A stretch of 64,000 nucleotides of DNA, taken from Camelus dromedarius. Lineage: Eukaryota. Positions 1 through 12,739 of the stretch are shown piece by piece. The notes under the pieces were generated by a model. The model did not search any database and had not been told where the DNA came from. It saw only the letters and a list, made by a program, of their open reading frames with translations. Where the stretch lies: positions 122,576,001 through 122,640,000 of the forward strand of contig NC_087437.1 of NCBI RefSeq assembly GCF_036321535.1, in the 5' to 3' direction. Position 1 is the stretch's first letter. Each line of letters opens with the position of its first letter. The position numbers and the translations under genes were made by a program.

Positions 1-346
1 GCCCACCCCCAGCCACTTCCAGCCTCTGACGCAGTCCTGCCTGTGGGCAGGCATGTGACTGTCAGAGCCAATCATAGTTCCCCTCCCTGGCGATTGGTCT
101 AGAAAAGGTCACATGAGGCCCACCAGGCCACAAGTTCCTGGCAGGAGGCGGTGGGCACTAATGACAGGGAAGGTTATCCTGCGGGGCTCCGACCCACCCC
201 AGCAGGACCCCCCCCCCCCACCGCCACGGTCCCCACCTGAGCCTCCTGCCTCGTGCATCCCTGGCTAGGGGACACAGCATCAGCAACTCCGATAAAGCCA
301 GGCCACGTAAACTTGACTCATTCCCCAGTTTTGCAGGAATTTAGCT

Positions 347-352
347 TTTATT
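347..352 (-). terminator. S100B: Candidate S100B polyadenylation signal AATAAA (a second candidate lies at 545-550)
   Basis: TTTATT on + reads AATAAA on -, about 1.1 kb past the S100B stop codon. Use of this site is inferred. Confidence 0.55.
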
Positions 353-1452
353 TCACGGTTAATGACCATGGAGACTTACTAAACTGCTTTTCAGTCAAAG
401 CAAATACAAGCAATCTGTTGGTTTATGAGTTTCCAAGTCTATGTCCTTAAAAAAAAGCAAAACAAAAAGGGTGGATGACAAGATTAATTTGACTTTCCCT
501 GAAAGTGATTTTTTTAGTATTTGTAACTTGACTATTTGAAACAATTTATTTGAATTGGTGGATACGAAAGCGTAACGCTCGTAAAGTTCACCGACTTTAC
601 CAACAGTCACAAGCAGACCCTGTCTGCACACAGACAGGTCAGGAATGACCTTCACCAACAGTCCAGCCACTTACATCGTAACCAGTCATTCTGCAGACAG
701 GGCAGAACACTCCTGTCCGCCCAGGCAGAGCCGAGTCCCGCCATGGGCTCCGGCCAAGCTCCCTCTGCCACACGTCCCGCAGAGCCAACAAGTGTGATCC
801 TGTCAGGAGAACCCCACTGAAGTTTGACTCTCAGTTCCGATTACAGCTACAATGCCAGTACTTGCTCCTTTATGGGACATACTTTCCATTAGGACTTAGC
901 ATTAACTACAGACTCAGTGATCACAGCTCACTGCAAGAAAGGGGACTGAATGTGACCATGCTCTTTGGGTGGGTGGGACAGACTGTCAGGCCCAATCACA
1001 TTAGGTTTCATTTGCTCCAATGATGAACAGGCTTAATGAAGGGCAGCCTTTTCAAAGGATGGTAGACCAAGATTTGTATTTTTAAATGTAGTGGAAGCTT
1101 AGCCCGTAGTCATTTTTGACAGGTAGTCTGTTTTTTCTGAGTTAGGAGTCTACACAGCCAGGATAGCAGTGCTTTGTGACTGAGAATTGACTTTCCTAAA
1201 TGTTGATTACCACGAGTCCCTGGGACCAGTCGGCTAACATGTACGCCTAACAGCACAGGACTAATGATGGGGGCCGTTAAAAACAGCCCTCGGAAAGAGG
1301 TTTCAATTCTTCATTCACAAAGCAAGTCAAGCTTCCTAATTAGCAACAATGCAGCTGGAAAGCTCAGCTCCTACTGTCCTGCAAGCCCTGCTCTCTGCTT
1401 CCTGCGTGGCCTCTGTCTCTGCTACAGGGACAGCCTGTCTGCTTTCTCCCGT

Positions 1453-1593
1453 TCACTCGTGTTCAAAGAACTCGTGGCAGGCAGTGGTAACCATGGCAAC
1501 AAAAGCCATAAATTCCTGGAAGTCACATTCTCCATCTCCATCGTTGTCCAGTGTTTCCATGACTTTGTCCACAACCTCCTGCTCTTTGATTTC
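1453..1593 (-). CDS. S100B: S100B last coding exon (canonical EF-hand 2)
   Basis: Manual translation EIKEQEVVDKVMETLDNDGDGECDFQEFMAFVAMVTTACHEFFEHE*. Polypyrimidine tract and AG acceptor at 1595-1594; TGA at 1455-1453. Confidence 0.98.
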   Translation of the reverse strand, partial: EIKEQEVVDKVMETLDNDGDGECDFQEFMAFVAMVTTACHEFFEHE

Positions 1594-3865
1594 CTAAGAG
1601 AGAGAAGAGAAGTCACCCAGCATGTTTCTAAATGAAGTTTAGGGCCATCGAAGCATGATTAAAATTTGGCCAGCTTTAGTAATTTGTATCAGAAACAACC
1701 TAAGACATAAAATGCAAAATGCCAGGTGAGATTTCTCCTGGGATCAGGAGGCTGCTGGCTGGCAGAAGTCTCTGGCAGTCCGAGCCTTCTCTGCCACCTT
1801 CTTTATGTCCAGTGGGGCCTGGGCTGCTTAAAAAAGGCTGAATGGAACAGCCAAGATCTGAAAACCTGAGGTTGTTTGTGTTAAAACAGAAACACCCAGA
1901 AAAGAAGAATAGGGCCTAAATTGGCCCGAACATATTATACGCAATGTCTTTAAAGCAAGAATGACCTTTGTCCGCACCCCCACCAAGTTTTTCATTGTTT
2001 CTGTGTGTGGAAGGCCCTACAGTGAAGGCTTCCAGTGGGTTTTCATGTTTTGAAAATGAGTTTTGGCTGAAATAACTCTTGGGAACAGGCTTTGTCACTT
2101 GAGCTGCTTTCCAGGTGTCCTGGGACTTTTCCTGACATTCTGCCCAACTTGGAGCCAGGTGAGTGGTGAGACAGTCTCAGGGGAACAGGCGTGTGGTGGG
2201 CAGACGAACGCTGACCGCGAAGAAGGGCATAAAGGCAGACTGCTTGGAACAGTCAGTCCCCAGCGCAGGGGAGCGTGGCTGGAAGGAGTCGCGGGAAGTG
2301 CGTCGGCCGCCTTGGATGTAAAATGGGTACAAGATTGAGGTACCCCGGGGCCGGGGTGGGGCCCATAAGCATCTGCTGAAAGATTAATCGCTGTTTCATG
2401 ATAGACTCACCTCCAAACAGAAACTGCCTCACAAAACCAGGCCAACAATATTCGTGATACCTTGATACACTTACCGTGAATCGCTTATCTTACTATAAAC
2501 GTGGTTCCCACATGCTAAGCTTTTCCTGTGCTTTAAATCAATAATTAATGACAGCAGCTACATGTGATGAGCAGGGCACTGGCTCATCTCACCCTTACAT
2601 CAGTCCTTTTTGCAGAAGAATCTGGGACTTCCTGATTGCTAGGTTAGGGGCAGACCTGGTGGGACAAGGTGAGTGAAAGTGAGTGGGGCAGCTGCCACTT
2701 TGTGGACCTGGATGCCTGAGAAACAGCTTCAGAATCAGACTAGGGGAACCCCCCCCCCAAACCTGCAGGCTGCTTCCCCTGCGCTGGTGGCGCCATTCAC
2801 AGAAATGGAGTGTCGGGGTTGGGTGGGGCCAGCCCTGCAGACAGCGGCTGCTGCCTGGCTGCCAGAATCGGGGGCCTGTCCAACACTGAGACTCAGCCTG
2901 CCAGGAGGGCAACTCCCCACCACTGTGCAGTAGGGCCCCAGGGTATTCCCTGGAATTAGCTCTTGGTCAGACACAGTGCACTGGTTCATCTTCTGGCCAT
3001 TTCCCCTGCGTGTGACTGGTTACTTCAGTGACCTTGGGTCTGGACACCAAGGGAAGTCAGGTACCAGGTGGATTGCAGGAGGACAGTTCATGGCCTCGAG
3101 GACAGGAGACTGATTCAGGAGAGGTGACGTGTGGCTTACCCAAGGCCTGGGAAATGGGGGTGAGGCAGGGAGTCCTCGATGAAGAGTCTGGACACACTTC
3201 CACCGGGTGGGACCCGTGAGGAAGATGGAGCTCACCAGGAGCCCTCAGGCAGTCTCCTGAGATCCTCTCCAAGGTCCTCACCCCACGGAGCCCCCCCCAC
3301 CCAGGCCCCAGGGCCTCAGAGACGCCAGATTCTCTCTCATGCCCTCAGTCAGTGGCTTGTGGCCATGCACTGACGAGCCGGGCGGGTGCCCCAGAAGCAG
3401 AGGCTGAGTCGGGGCTGTGTCTCTCGCGACACTGACCGTGGTGAGAGCTCAGTGGTGTCTGCTGAGTGAACGGCATCTTTATCATCACCATGGTGGATGC
3501 AGACCACGGAGCTAAAGCTTAGAGTCCTTTTCCTAAGAACAAAAGCTTATTTTTAACAGTCTGCTTAGATGTTCACTATGGCCCATGATAAGTCATGAGT
3601 ATATTTTACATCCCATTCTGTCATCAATATTGCTGCAAATCCTTAGGTTTTTCAGAGAAAAGTCAGTTTTATTTGAAGCCTGTACTTCTGTGTTTGAGAT
3701 AGCAGTTCCTCCTTCATGCTCCTACTGGACACAAAACAGATGAAAATGAAAGTGTGAGGTCTACCTAAGCCAGCCTCCACACTGAAGGTTCAACTGTGCA
3801 AACACATTTTTGGAAGCAACTCGGAGGACAAAGTGCATAGGGGAGTTTTAAAAAGCAAGACTCAC

Positions 3866-4003
3866 CTCTAAAAAATGAGAGAGTTCATTGTTGATGAGCT
3901 CCTTGAGCTCAGATTTCTTCAGCTTGTGCTTGTCACCCTCCCTTCCGGAATATTGATGGAAGACGTCAATGAGGGCCACCATGGCCTTCTCCAGCTCAGA
4001 CAT
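3866..4003 (-). CDS. S100B: S100B first coding exon (S100 pseudo-EF-hand)
   Basis: [46 protein letters not shown]. Acceptor ctccag|G ATG and donor GAG|gtgagt. The joined protein is 92 aa and matches S100B as I recall it. Confidence 0.98.
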
Positions 4004-4770
4004 CCTGGAGCCCAAAAAGAAAGACGGTTCTCAAGCCTTTGCCCGTCTAGTGCGGGCAGTGGAGGTATGACCAGTGCAGCCCTCAGCCCAGGACAGGTGT
4101 ATGGCCGTAGCTCATCTCCCTTCTCAGGAGTTACGCAGCTCTCCCATCTCCTAGAGCCACTCTCCCACCCTCCTCTCCCTTCTCCGTCTCTGAGGGCCAC
4201 ATCCAGTTCCCAAGCCCTCTGGCTTCTGGTTGGGTCCAGCCACTGGGCAACTTCAGCCAAAACAGAGATGCAGAGTAGTGAGGGGGCTTGGGAACTGACT
4301 CCTGCCTCCTCCCTGGGAGGCCCTCTGCCCTGGCAGGGCTCCAAGATGAGGTGACAGTGCAGGGAGCAACCAGAATTAACCAGAAAGAAGTAAGGTGACT
4401 AGAGCCAAATGAGGACACAAAAGTCAATGGCATGCCTACATTCTGTCAATAAACACTTAGGAAACATAGTGGGAAAGTCCTGTTTATACAGCAGCACACA
4501 CATATGACCAAGAGTAAGTTTAGCCAGAAAAGTGCAGGTCCTTCCAAAAGATACTAAGGTCAAAAAATGTTGCTTTCCTTTGAATGAATACAGAAACTTA
4601 ACTCATTTTTAATAAAAATATTTATGAGACTTTTTTGATTGATGAGGATCATGACCCATCAGCTGTAAAATTTAACTGGAAAAATAAATATGGTAGAATT
4701 GAGGCAAATATTTTTTGAAAAAGAAGATCAAGGAACAAACATGTATTATACGGTTATCCGATGAAGCCAG

Positions 4771-5285
4771 TGCAGATGAGCAAAATTTGCCACCATAAAT
4801 GTCTCATTAGCATGCTGATTATTTTGAGCTAAAAATAACCAAGGCTCAAAAGATTCAGGAGGAAACTTTGACCTCGCCCTTAGCTGCCTGAATCAGATTT
4901 TGATGGAGGGCCTGTTACAGGAGTAGAATGAGCACCAGAGATGTCAACAGGGGCTGTGGGCCAGGTGTGGCGCTGGAGCTCTTAGGGGTCTGAGCATACT
5001 TTGCTTTACCAAACATTTGCTTTTCCGTCTCCATGTGAATTGCTTTTCTCCTCTTTGAAGTCCCAAATCACTAACCCCAATCCTCTCCTCTTTAGTCTAG
5101 CTCAGGATGCTATTCAAGGTGAGGATTTCAGCCAGTTTGGTGAGTTACTCAGTTCTCCTGGGTCTCCCATGTTTACATGTTATTAAACTTTGAGTTTTTC
5201 CTGTTAACCCGAATCATGTCTGTTTAATTCTCAGACCAGCCAGAAGAACCCAGAAGGGTAGAGGAAAATGTCTTCCGACCCCAAC
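4771..5285 (+). mobile_element. Solo ERV1-type LTR (MER34/MER39-like) in S100B intron 1
   Basis: Begins TG..GAGCAAAATTTGCCACC..GATTATTTTGAGCT, has an internal ATTAAA, and ends ..GAGGAAAATGTCTTCCGACCCCAAC. Family assignment is from recalled similarity. Confidence 0.6.
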
Positions 5286-6709
5286 CTGGCCCTGAGGCCA
5301 GAACAGAAGTGGGGCGGAGGCTGGGCCAGAGCCAGGTACTTTGCATTCACGGAGGCGCTGCCTCAAGTGACCAGGATTGTCGTCTTTTCTCTGCACTTAT
5401 CAGAGGAGGAGGCTTCATCTTTCCTCATGACTTGTACCTTATTCCATGGCCTGCAACCTAAGAAACAGCTGTTCTACCCTGAGAACTAGGCAGTTTACAA
5501 AGGACGGCTTGTAAATTGTTTCACAAGACTGAGACACTCAGCCAGAGAAATTTACCAACTTCTGGCCTTGAGTTCTAACCATTAAAGAATCTTGGCACTG
5601 TCATAGTTAAAAATAAATAAAAGAATTACATCTCATGTTGAAAAACCATTCCCATATTGAATATATTTACACCTTAAAAATACATTGGAATATAATATTT
5701 AAATTTTTATTTATTTCTGATTTCCCAAAGGAAAAAAAGATTGAGGATTTTTGCCTTGGTCTGATCTTTGCTAAATTCACCCTATTAATAATCAATATTA
5801 TTTTGCTCTGAAGTCCCTAAAAATCAGATATGTCACATGTAGAGAGAACAACTCTGATGGATTAAAATTTTTAACATTTTGTACTTTATCCTTTTAACTC
5901 AAGTTTTCAATTATTAATTTTTTTAAAGAGACCAAAAACCAAAAACAAACCCCAAGAACCTTTTGCATCATCCTTATGTTTCTCAAACTCCGTGACAATT
6001 TGTGAAAGGAAACGCTACATTATTTCTTGTGATGTGTGACTAGCGGGATTTTTTAAAAGGAAAGGCATAAAATTTATATTCCATTATGTGTGAAAAGTCC
6101 ACAAAATGTGATTTTCTTCATAGCCACACTACAAATTAATTTTTAAAAATGTTCCCAGTTAAATTCTTCCCAATTGACGGTTGGTGTAAAGCTTGTCTCT
6201 TAAGAGAAAAGGAAACAATACATCCATGTTACCCTTTCACTTGAAAACAAGAGGACTTTGGGCGTTAACTCCTTAGCAGGGACACCACGCACGACGGGAC
6301 GGTCCCCGAGGAGCGGTAAGACGGGGAAGGAAACCCACCTAAGCCCCAGCTTCTTGGCTCGGCCTGGAACTTCCTTGCCCTGTAATTGCCTTAAACGGGG
6401 GCGGGTGCCTCCTGGGCCCGGGAGAGCGTCCTCCCGAGCCGGGACCGAGCCGGCCCGGGCGTCAGCCTTAACGAAGGGGCGGACTGCGGCGCCTCCGGGG
6501 AAACCCGGACTCCCGGCCCGAGGCTGCCCGGCTCCGGCGCTGCGAGCAGGCGCGCTCCAGGCAGCCGGGTCCAGAGCAGTAACAAGAGGCATGCTTTCCA
6601 AACGCAGCCAGTTAGCCTCAGGGGGTTTAAGACGACCACCCGGTTCCCGCCCCCGCCCCCTCGGCCCCCTGCCCCAAGAGGTGGGAGTGTGTCCCCGGAG
6701 TGTCCTCAC

Positions 6710-6780
6710 GTCTGCAGTCGGGCTGATGCTCCTCTCTCCTCGAGGCTACGGCGTCTGCTCCTGCGGGGCCGGGGGCGGGG
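6710..6780 (-). other. S100B: S100B non-coding exon 1 (5' boundary approximate)
   Basis: Donor AGAC|GTGAGG at 6709-6704, lying downstream of a GGATAAGAGGCTGCC TATA-like element that resembles the human S100B 5' end. Confidence 0.7.
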
Positions 6781-6841
6781 CAGCCTCTTATCCTCCGGCG
6801 GGGGCGGAGCCGCGCGCCCTCTGCAGCCCCGCCGGCCAATG

Positions 6842-6901
6842 GGGTCCGGGGGCGGGTCCGGGGGCGGGTCCAGGGAGCGGGTCCAGGGAGCGGGTCCGGG
6901 G
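6842..6901. repeat. G-rich minisatellite, ~5 units of 12-13 bp (GGGTCCGGGGGC / GGGTCCAGGGAGC)
   Basis: Units are directly visible between the two promoter copies. Confidence 0.9.
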
Positions 6902-8549
6902 CGCTGGGCAGACCCTTATCCTCCGGCGGGGGCGGAGCCGCACGTTCCTCTGCAGCCCCGCCGGCCAACGGGGCGGGAGTGGGGCCAGGGGCGGGAGCCG
7001 CACACTGGGCAGCATTGACTGCGCCACCCGGGGGCTCGCGGGGAGCCAGGCCTGCACTTGGGCCAAGGAAGAAAAGGCTTGTGGGGCAGGAAGCGGGGAG
7101 TCAGCTTTTTGTGCTGTTTTTAAGTGTGTACGTGAATACTGATGTTCCTCTAAAGGCGAGGATGGGGGTGGGGAGAGGGGAGAAATGATTGATCGATTCC
7201 CACAAAGCAAATGTGCAGCGAGAGCAGACTGAATGCGGGGGATTTAGGGCCCGCTGTGGGGAGGCCCTGAGCTTCTCCCCGATCTGGTCCCACTCACAGG
7301 CAGGACACCCGTGGACACCCGTGGACACCAGTACTCTGAGGTAGGCCACTGAGCCCAGCGTCTCCAGGGACGGAAATGTGGGGCAAAATATACACTTATT
7401 GCTTTTAGGGGGGAAATCTGTGTTTAATATGATCGAGGACACATGCCAGACTCACTCCAAGGCCTCCCGCTCCCCTGGGGTGACTGGCGGCAGGCTGTCA
7501 GGGTTGGACAGTGCCCCAGTCACATTCCGTCCAAATGCCCTGTTTTACGAGAGGCGCAGGTGGGAGGGGGGGCTCACTGAGGCCCCACAACCAGCCAAGA
7601 AAAACCACATTTCTGGAGCCGTCTTCAGTGGCACCCTTCAGGCCTTCTTTAGAGAAACTGTGCAAAGCACATTGGCCCCAGACTCATCCAAGGCCGTCTG
7701 AGCCAGAACCAGTCCCTTCTGCTGACTCGGTTCGCCACGGCTGCAGAGGAATCAGCACACAATGAAGTCTGTGCTCACAGTTGTCTTGTAGAGACTGGCA
7801 CCAGCTTTCCCTAACATAATGGTCCTCCCCCCAAACAGAGGGAGACGGTGAGGGGTGCAGCAGTGGGCACGTTTGTCTGGAGCTGAGAAAACAGCTCCGG
7901 GGAGAATCTGTACACCCCGGAGCCCTGTGAGCTGGCTGAGACTGTCACCTGACCACCACAAATTCCTGCTTTGACTAGTGTGTGGCCCCAGGAATTAGCG
8001 TCAGCTTACAGCCTGTATCTCAGGATGCCACCCTGGGGGCCCCCAGCCCTTGAAAACCCCTCTCACCTTGATGGGCAGCCCTTTCCCACCCTGTGAGCCC
8101 TGGAATGGGGTTGGAGCACAGCCTGCACTCAGCTGTCCCCGACGCTGACGTTTGTGCCCAGAGGGCAAGCCCCACACTCAGGCATGCAGTAGTTGGATGA
8201 GTGGATTCCAAACTATGTTTTTACCCCTGTGGGAGAAGGCTGAAGCTTTCTTTGTGAACACTGAGGGCCAAGGCCAGAGTCCAGGCTAAGGCCTGCAGAG
8301 GTGGCACTGCCGCGGTGCTGGTGCCTGGCACGTGTGCGACGCCCCCCTGAGCCCAGCTGATCCTTCCTCAGAGGGAGGTGGGTTCTGTGCTTCTCAGGGC
8401 AAGCCCATTCTGACTACAGGGCAGCTGAGGCAGTAGGGCCCACCTTATGGGGTGTGGGGACAGGCTGGGGACCAGGCTGGTCAGCTCAAGCCCGCGGCTC
8501 CCAGTCCAGTGCTATTTCCAGGCTATGCTCCTGGGACCCCCTCAACCCC

Positions 8550-10900
8550 TTCTAGTAAACCAGAAGCAGTGCTGTCCCCAGGAGATTAGTCCCACCATCA
8601 AAGGTTGATGTAGCAGACAGAACTTAACACGAACCCATTTAACTTGCCATTTGTCTGGTGCAGTAGCTGCTGGATCTTGGAGAATGGCTGTGGACACTTT
8701 GGTGTCTCCACCAGAGAATGGTGACACGCCCCCGGGACATTGTGTGCAGCCATTGACTGACTAATGCCTTTTTCTTGAAACCAATTTTCAAGGACCAACA
8801 GGAGCAACTTGCTTTTGCCTGGCAGGGCCAAAGGTACGCCCTCAGTGTCACCCCAGGGACACCTGCCCCAGATATTGTCTGCAGGATCTGGATGGTGTGG
8901 TCCACTCCTTTGATGAGAGTGTTCTGACTAGGTCCGGTCAGAAGGAAGGGGCAGGTACTTCAGGTGCCTTAGTAAGACAGACAAAAACTAGAGAGCAGGA
9001 GATAAACCCCATGAAATGTGCGGCCCACCGCCTCAGTGAAGTTTCTGGGGACTCAGTGGCTCTGAACACACTGAAATATCTCCTTTAAGTGAAAGACAAG
9101 TCACTGCATGCTGCACTGCTCGCCAGGAGGAGAAGCCCAGCTTTCAGTGGGGTTTGGGAGTTTGACGTGCTACATATACCACGTTTGCATGTACTGTCAC
9201 CCCATGACGCCGGCAGTTTCAAGTGGAGACCAGAGCATGTTTGGCTGCAGTATGAGCTGCTTTACTGTTGGTTTTCAGGATCTGGCAGATCCGATGGTGT
9301 TCAGAGTGTCTGTGGCATGGGGGCTGCAGCATGGACCCTCTGGTGAGCTCCCGTGGGGGATTCTGGCACAGGATTTCGGAAAGTCTGTGTGCTCTCTGGT
9401 GCTAATGATTCTCATTTGGAGAACAGCTTCTGGCTTGCTGCTGGGCCTTAATGGAGACTCAACACTTAACCTAGGGCATCAGGAGACTCTGCAGCTCAAG
9501 TGCTGTCCCACCCACCTGGCCATGGAGTTGGGTGCGTGTCCCAGCAGTGTACCATCACATGGAGAGCACGGGAGACATGAGCAGGTGCTCAGACTCCTTG
9601 GACACCGGCCCTTGTTGCATTGCCTCCCCTCCCGATCCTTGTCTGTTGCCTCCTGGGCTGTTTCTTATAACCAGTTGGCTGCAGAAGAACAAACGTGAGG
9701 CTGCTTTATGGGTGGGTCTGCGTGACGTGCTGGGACCACCCTGAAGGGAGCAGCAGCAGCAGCACAGCCCTACTCAAGGGTTTGCCCTGAAGGGCGTGGT
9801 GATGGAAACCTTCCCACGGGCAGCACTTCCAGCAGCTCACTTGGCTGTTCCCTGCGTCTGGAGTGAGAAGAGGCCAGATTGAGGACCTGTGTTTACTCAT
9901 GGGGGCTGTAATGATTTGGTTGGCCAACAACTTGGAAGGAGCAGGATTGGAAAACTGGCGATGAGGAAGGCTCTGGAAGAGGCCTGTGGACGGACTTCTC
10001 TGAAAGAGCAGAGTCATGAATAAGTTTCTGTTCCACGTGTGCAGCGCAGAATAGGCCCTTAGTAATCAGGTGGAAAATGATGGGCCTGTAGGTGTCAGCC
10101 AGCTCCAGGGCTCACTCGATGTGTCCGTGAACAGAGTGGCCGTGTGGGGCTCAGCAACATGCACGCCCTCGCCAAAGCTGACCCGGCTGCTGTCACTACC
10201 CAGTGCCTCACCTGCCTGCAGCCCAGACCGGTGCTGAGTCCTGTGGTGACCAGCCAGACGCGTGGCGGCAGCTTGGTTACACTGAACCTCTTCCATCATA
10301 GAAAGGCAGACATCTGTCCTCACCAGAAGAGATACGTATTCTTGGTATGGATTTGACTTCCCTGCTTGCACTGCTTCTGCCAGCACCAGTGCACGTGACC
10401 TGACGGAGCCTCACCCATCGTGACAGTGGCGTCTGGTCCAGGAGCTCGACCAGTTTTGTCACAGATCCTGTCACTCAGAAGTGGCTGACCCCTGGGAAAG
10501 TTGGAGTAGCTTCTTGAAGGGTTGGCTATGGCACCAGAGGGGAGGCAGCACCCTGAAATGACGGGGTTCTGTCATGCAGGATGCTTTGAATTAGGGACCA
10601 TTACGTGGTGCTGTGCCCCCCACAGCCAGAACGCCTGGGGCTGGGAATCTGGAAGTGCCAGTGTGCCTCTCGCCAGCACACTTTATAATCTCCCTGCAGA
10701 GTTTCTGTTTCCTGTGCTGGCAACTTTGTGATGGTTTGGAAATCTTAGTCTCCAAAGGGAAAGACTTCCACAGGGGTCACAGCAATCAGATTCTCAGTGG
10801 GACCATACTGAGCAGCTCAGTAACCAGACCCAAGCCCTGCTGAGCCTGCTCTGGGGGAGAAGAGTCAGTCCAGCCTGAGTCTTCCAGGAGGGACGGCCTT
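8550..10900 (+). mobile_element. Degenerate ERVL (class III ERV) internal pol relic
   Basis: Broken reading frames resemble ERVL RT/IN motifs: AAID.L.NAFF (~8747), QEQLAFAWQGQRY..SV.PQG (~8797), EINP.K..SVKFLG.QW (~9000), KVKDK, and an integrase-like YGFDFPA..ASA (~10345). Many frameshifts and stops. Confidence 0.75.
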
Positions 10901-11139
10901 GGGCAGCAATATTGTTCTCTTGCACAAAAGACAGTGCCATCCACCACCAAGCTGCTCACGAGGTGGGTCACAGTGACCCATGTCCCTGGGGAGAAAGGGT
11001 GCCTGTGTTCTGAGGGGACGTGGGAGAGGGACAAAAGGCTTCTGTTGTAGTGAACGCAAGTGCCAAGGAGATGAGAATTAATTGCCTTTCCTAGTCTAGA
11101 GGGAGCTGCTCACGACCAGCCACAGGCCATGGGCCAGGC

Positions 11140-11275
11140 TGGGTCTGAAGTCTGGAGCTGGGTTCAAATCCCGTTTCTGTGGAGAGAACTTTGGCAAACG
11201 ACTTAAACTTCCTCAGCCTCTGTGAAAGAGGGAAACCATGTCCCCTGAAGGTTGTTGGAGGAGAAAGTGAAATCT
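11140..11275 (+). mobile_element. MIR SINE fragment
   Basis: CTGGGTTCAAATCCCG...CTTTGGCAAACGACTTAAACTTCCTCAGCCTC matches the MIR core. Confidence 0.7.
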
Positions 11276-12739
11276 GTGTGCACACACACATCTATAGTGT
11301 AATGGGCCTACTGCACCGGATTAACGGTCATTATCATCCAAAAAGTCACCTTTCCTGTCTATGGAAAGAACTGCAACTGTCGGGTGAATCCCTGGTGCAG
11401 AAGGCAGGCAAAACCCAGCAAAGAACGGCAGAGAAGGGAGGGCAGGGGCTGCTTTCTGAGCCAGATTTTCAGGGCCCCAAAGTGCAGACTGAGCTCACTG
11501 GCTAATTTAGAAAACTTCGAATCCAGGAGGCCCCAGTTTGGCCAGTCATGCTGGAACATCCATGTTCAAGGGTATCACGTTCTATTATTTTTATCCCACA
11601 TCAAATTCCATGAATCCATTTGTTTTCCACCCAGTCATTCCAAAGTCAGAGCTCCATCCAGGGGGGAAGCCAGCGTGAGCAGAGCTGGCAGCCGCGGCGG
11701 CGCTGGGTTTGCTTTGGATCCATGGCGACCTCAGGGCCCAGCTCGAGACAAGAGGGCTTTTGTTTCTGTTTTTGTTTTTGAGCTTTTTTTTTTTTTTTTT
11801 CCTCCAAATTTTGAGAAGGAGCTGGAGGTTGGAGCACAGCAGCTTGCCCCACACGAAGCTGCTGCTTCAGCCTCGCTTTCTGCGTGTGTCCAGGGACGCG
11901 AGGGGACATGTCAGGCTGAAGCTGGACAGGCACCCAGAGCAAGCTCTGCGGTGCTTCCCTTTGGCAGAACTCTGCACAAATACTTATCTGATTATACTTT
12001 TTATAACTTCTAAGGACTCTTAGAAATTGGCCATAAAAACATATCAGGTTTAAAGTTTAAAAAAATCACTCGATTAATCTATTCGGTTTTTCACTCAAGA
12101 ACGTTTTTTTGTGTAACTACCTTGTAAGCACCACACATCTGTGTGTCCTTGTTCCACGGAGCGCCCAGCACGGCACACAGGATTCAACCATATGAAGCCA
12201 AGTGGTCAACAACACAAACCTACTCAGTAGATTGTTAAAATTATTCAGTAATGAGGATTCCTGTACCTTGTTTTATAAATAACTCTGTGGAATTGAACCA
12301 TCTCCAGCAAGAATGATCCAGGAGGTGGGAGTGAGTGATCTTATTTAGAGATTTAAACAAACAGTTTTCCAAACAAAATAGAGACTGTTAAAGACAAGAG
12401 CAGGTAAGTCTAGCAGGCTAATGCCTAGCAGTTTTCCTACTGGAGGACAATTATATTTTTTGCTTTTTGAAAACAAAAAGTTAAAGACACGGGGGAGAAT
12501 TGGCCCTATATTTAAAACTTTAGTACAACTGAAATATGTACACAGGCATATTCATTATCTAATTGTACAACTGAGTGCTACCATAAATAAAAATGTAGAG
12601 AATACTTAGATAAAATCATGGGAAGGATAAGTTTTTGGAAATTTAAACTTAACGGAGCCCCCATAGTAAAGCTGAATAAGCGGGCAAAGTTCTTGTGCAT
12701 GTATCACCCACGCACAGGGCCGTCTCTGGACGGTCAGCT

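Larger units (their letters stand above)
6280..7050 (-). promoter_or_regulatory. S100B: S100B CpG-rich promoter: TATA-like GATAAG, GC boxes and CCAAT box, with the core duplicated
   Basis: High GC and CpG content. CTTATCC at 6787 and 6915, GGGGCGG boxes, and CCAAT at 6836-6840. Confidence 0.8.

Noticed and set aside
616..640. Hairpin CCTGTCTG-CACA-CAGACAGG in the S100B 3'UTR
   Set aside because: An 8-10 bp stem can arise by chance in 64 kb, and it matches no element I know.
1264..4354. ORF-track entries overlapping the S100B exons (e.g. 1264-1635 +, 3875-4354 +, 1422-1616 -)
   Set aside because: These are antisense or wrong-frame shadows of the true S100B exons.
6200..7210. Long overlapping ORFs (294, 169 and 140 aa) over the S100B promoter
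   Set aside because: Low-complexity G/P/R/A-rich translations on both strands, as expected from stop-poor CpG-island DNA. No recognisable domain.
7303..7330. 10-bp unit GGACACCCGT repeated about 3 times
   Set aside because: A simple slippage duplication with no spacers and no evidence of function.
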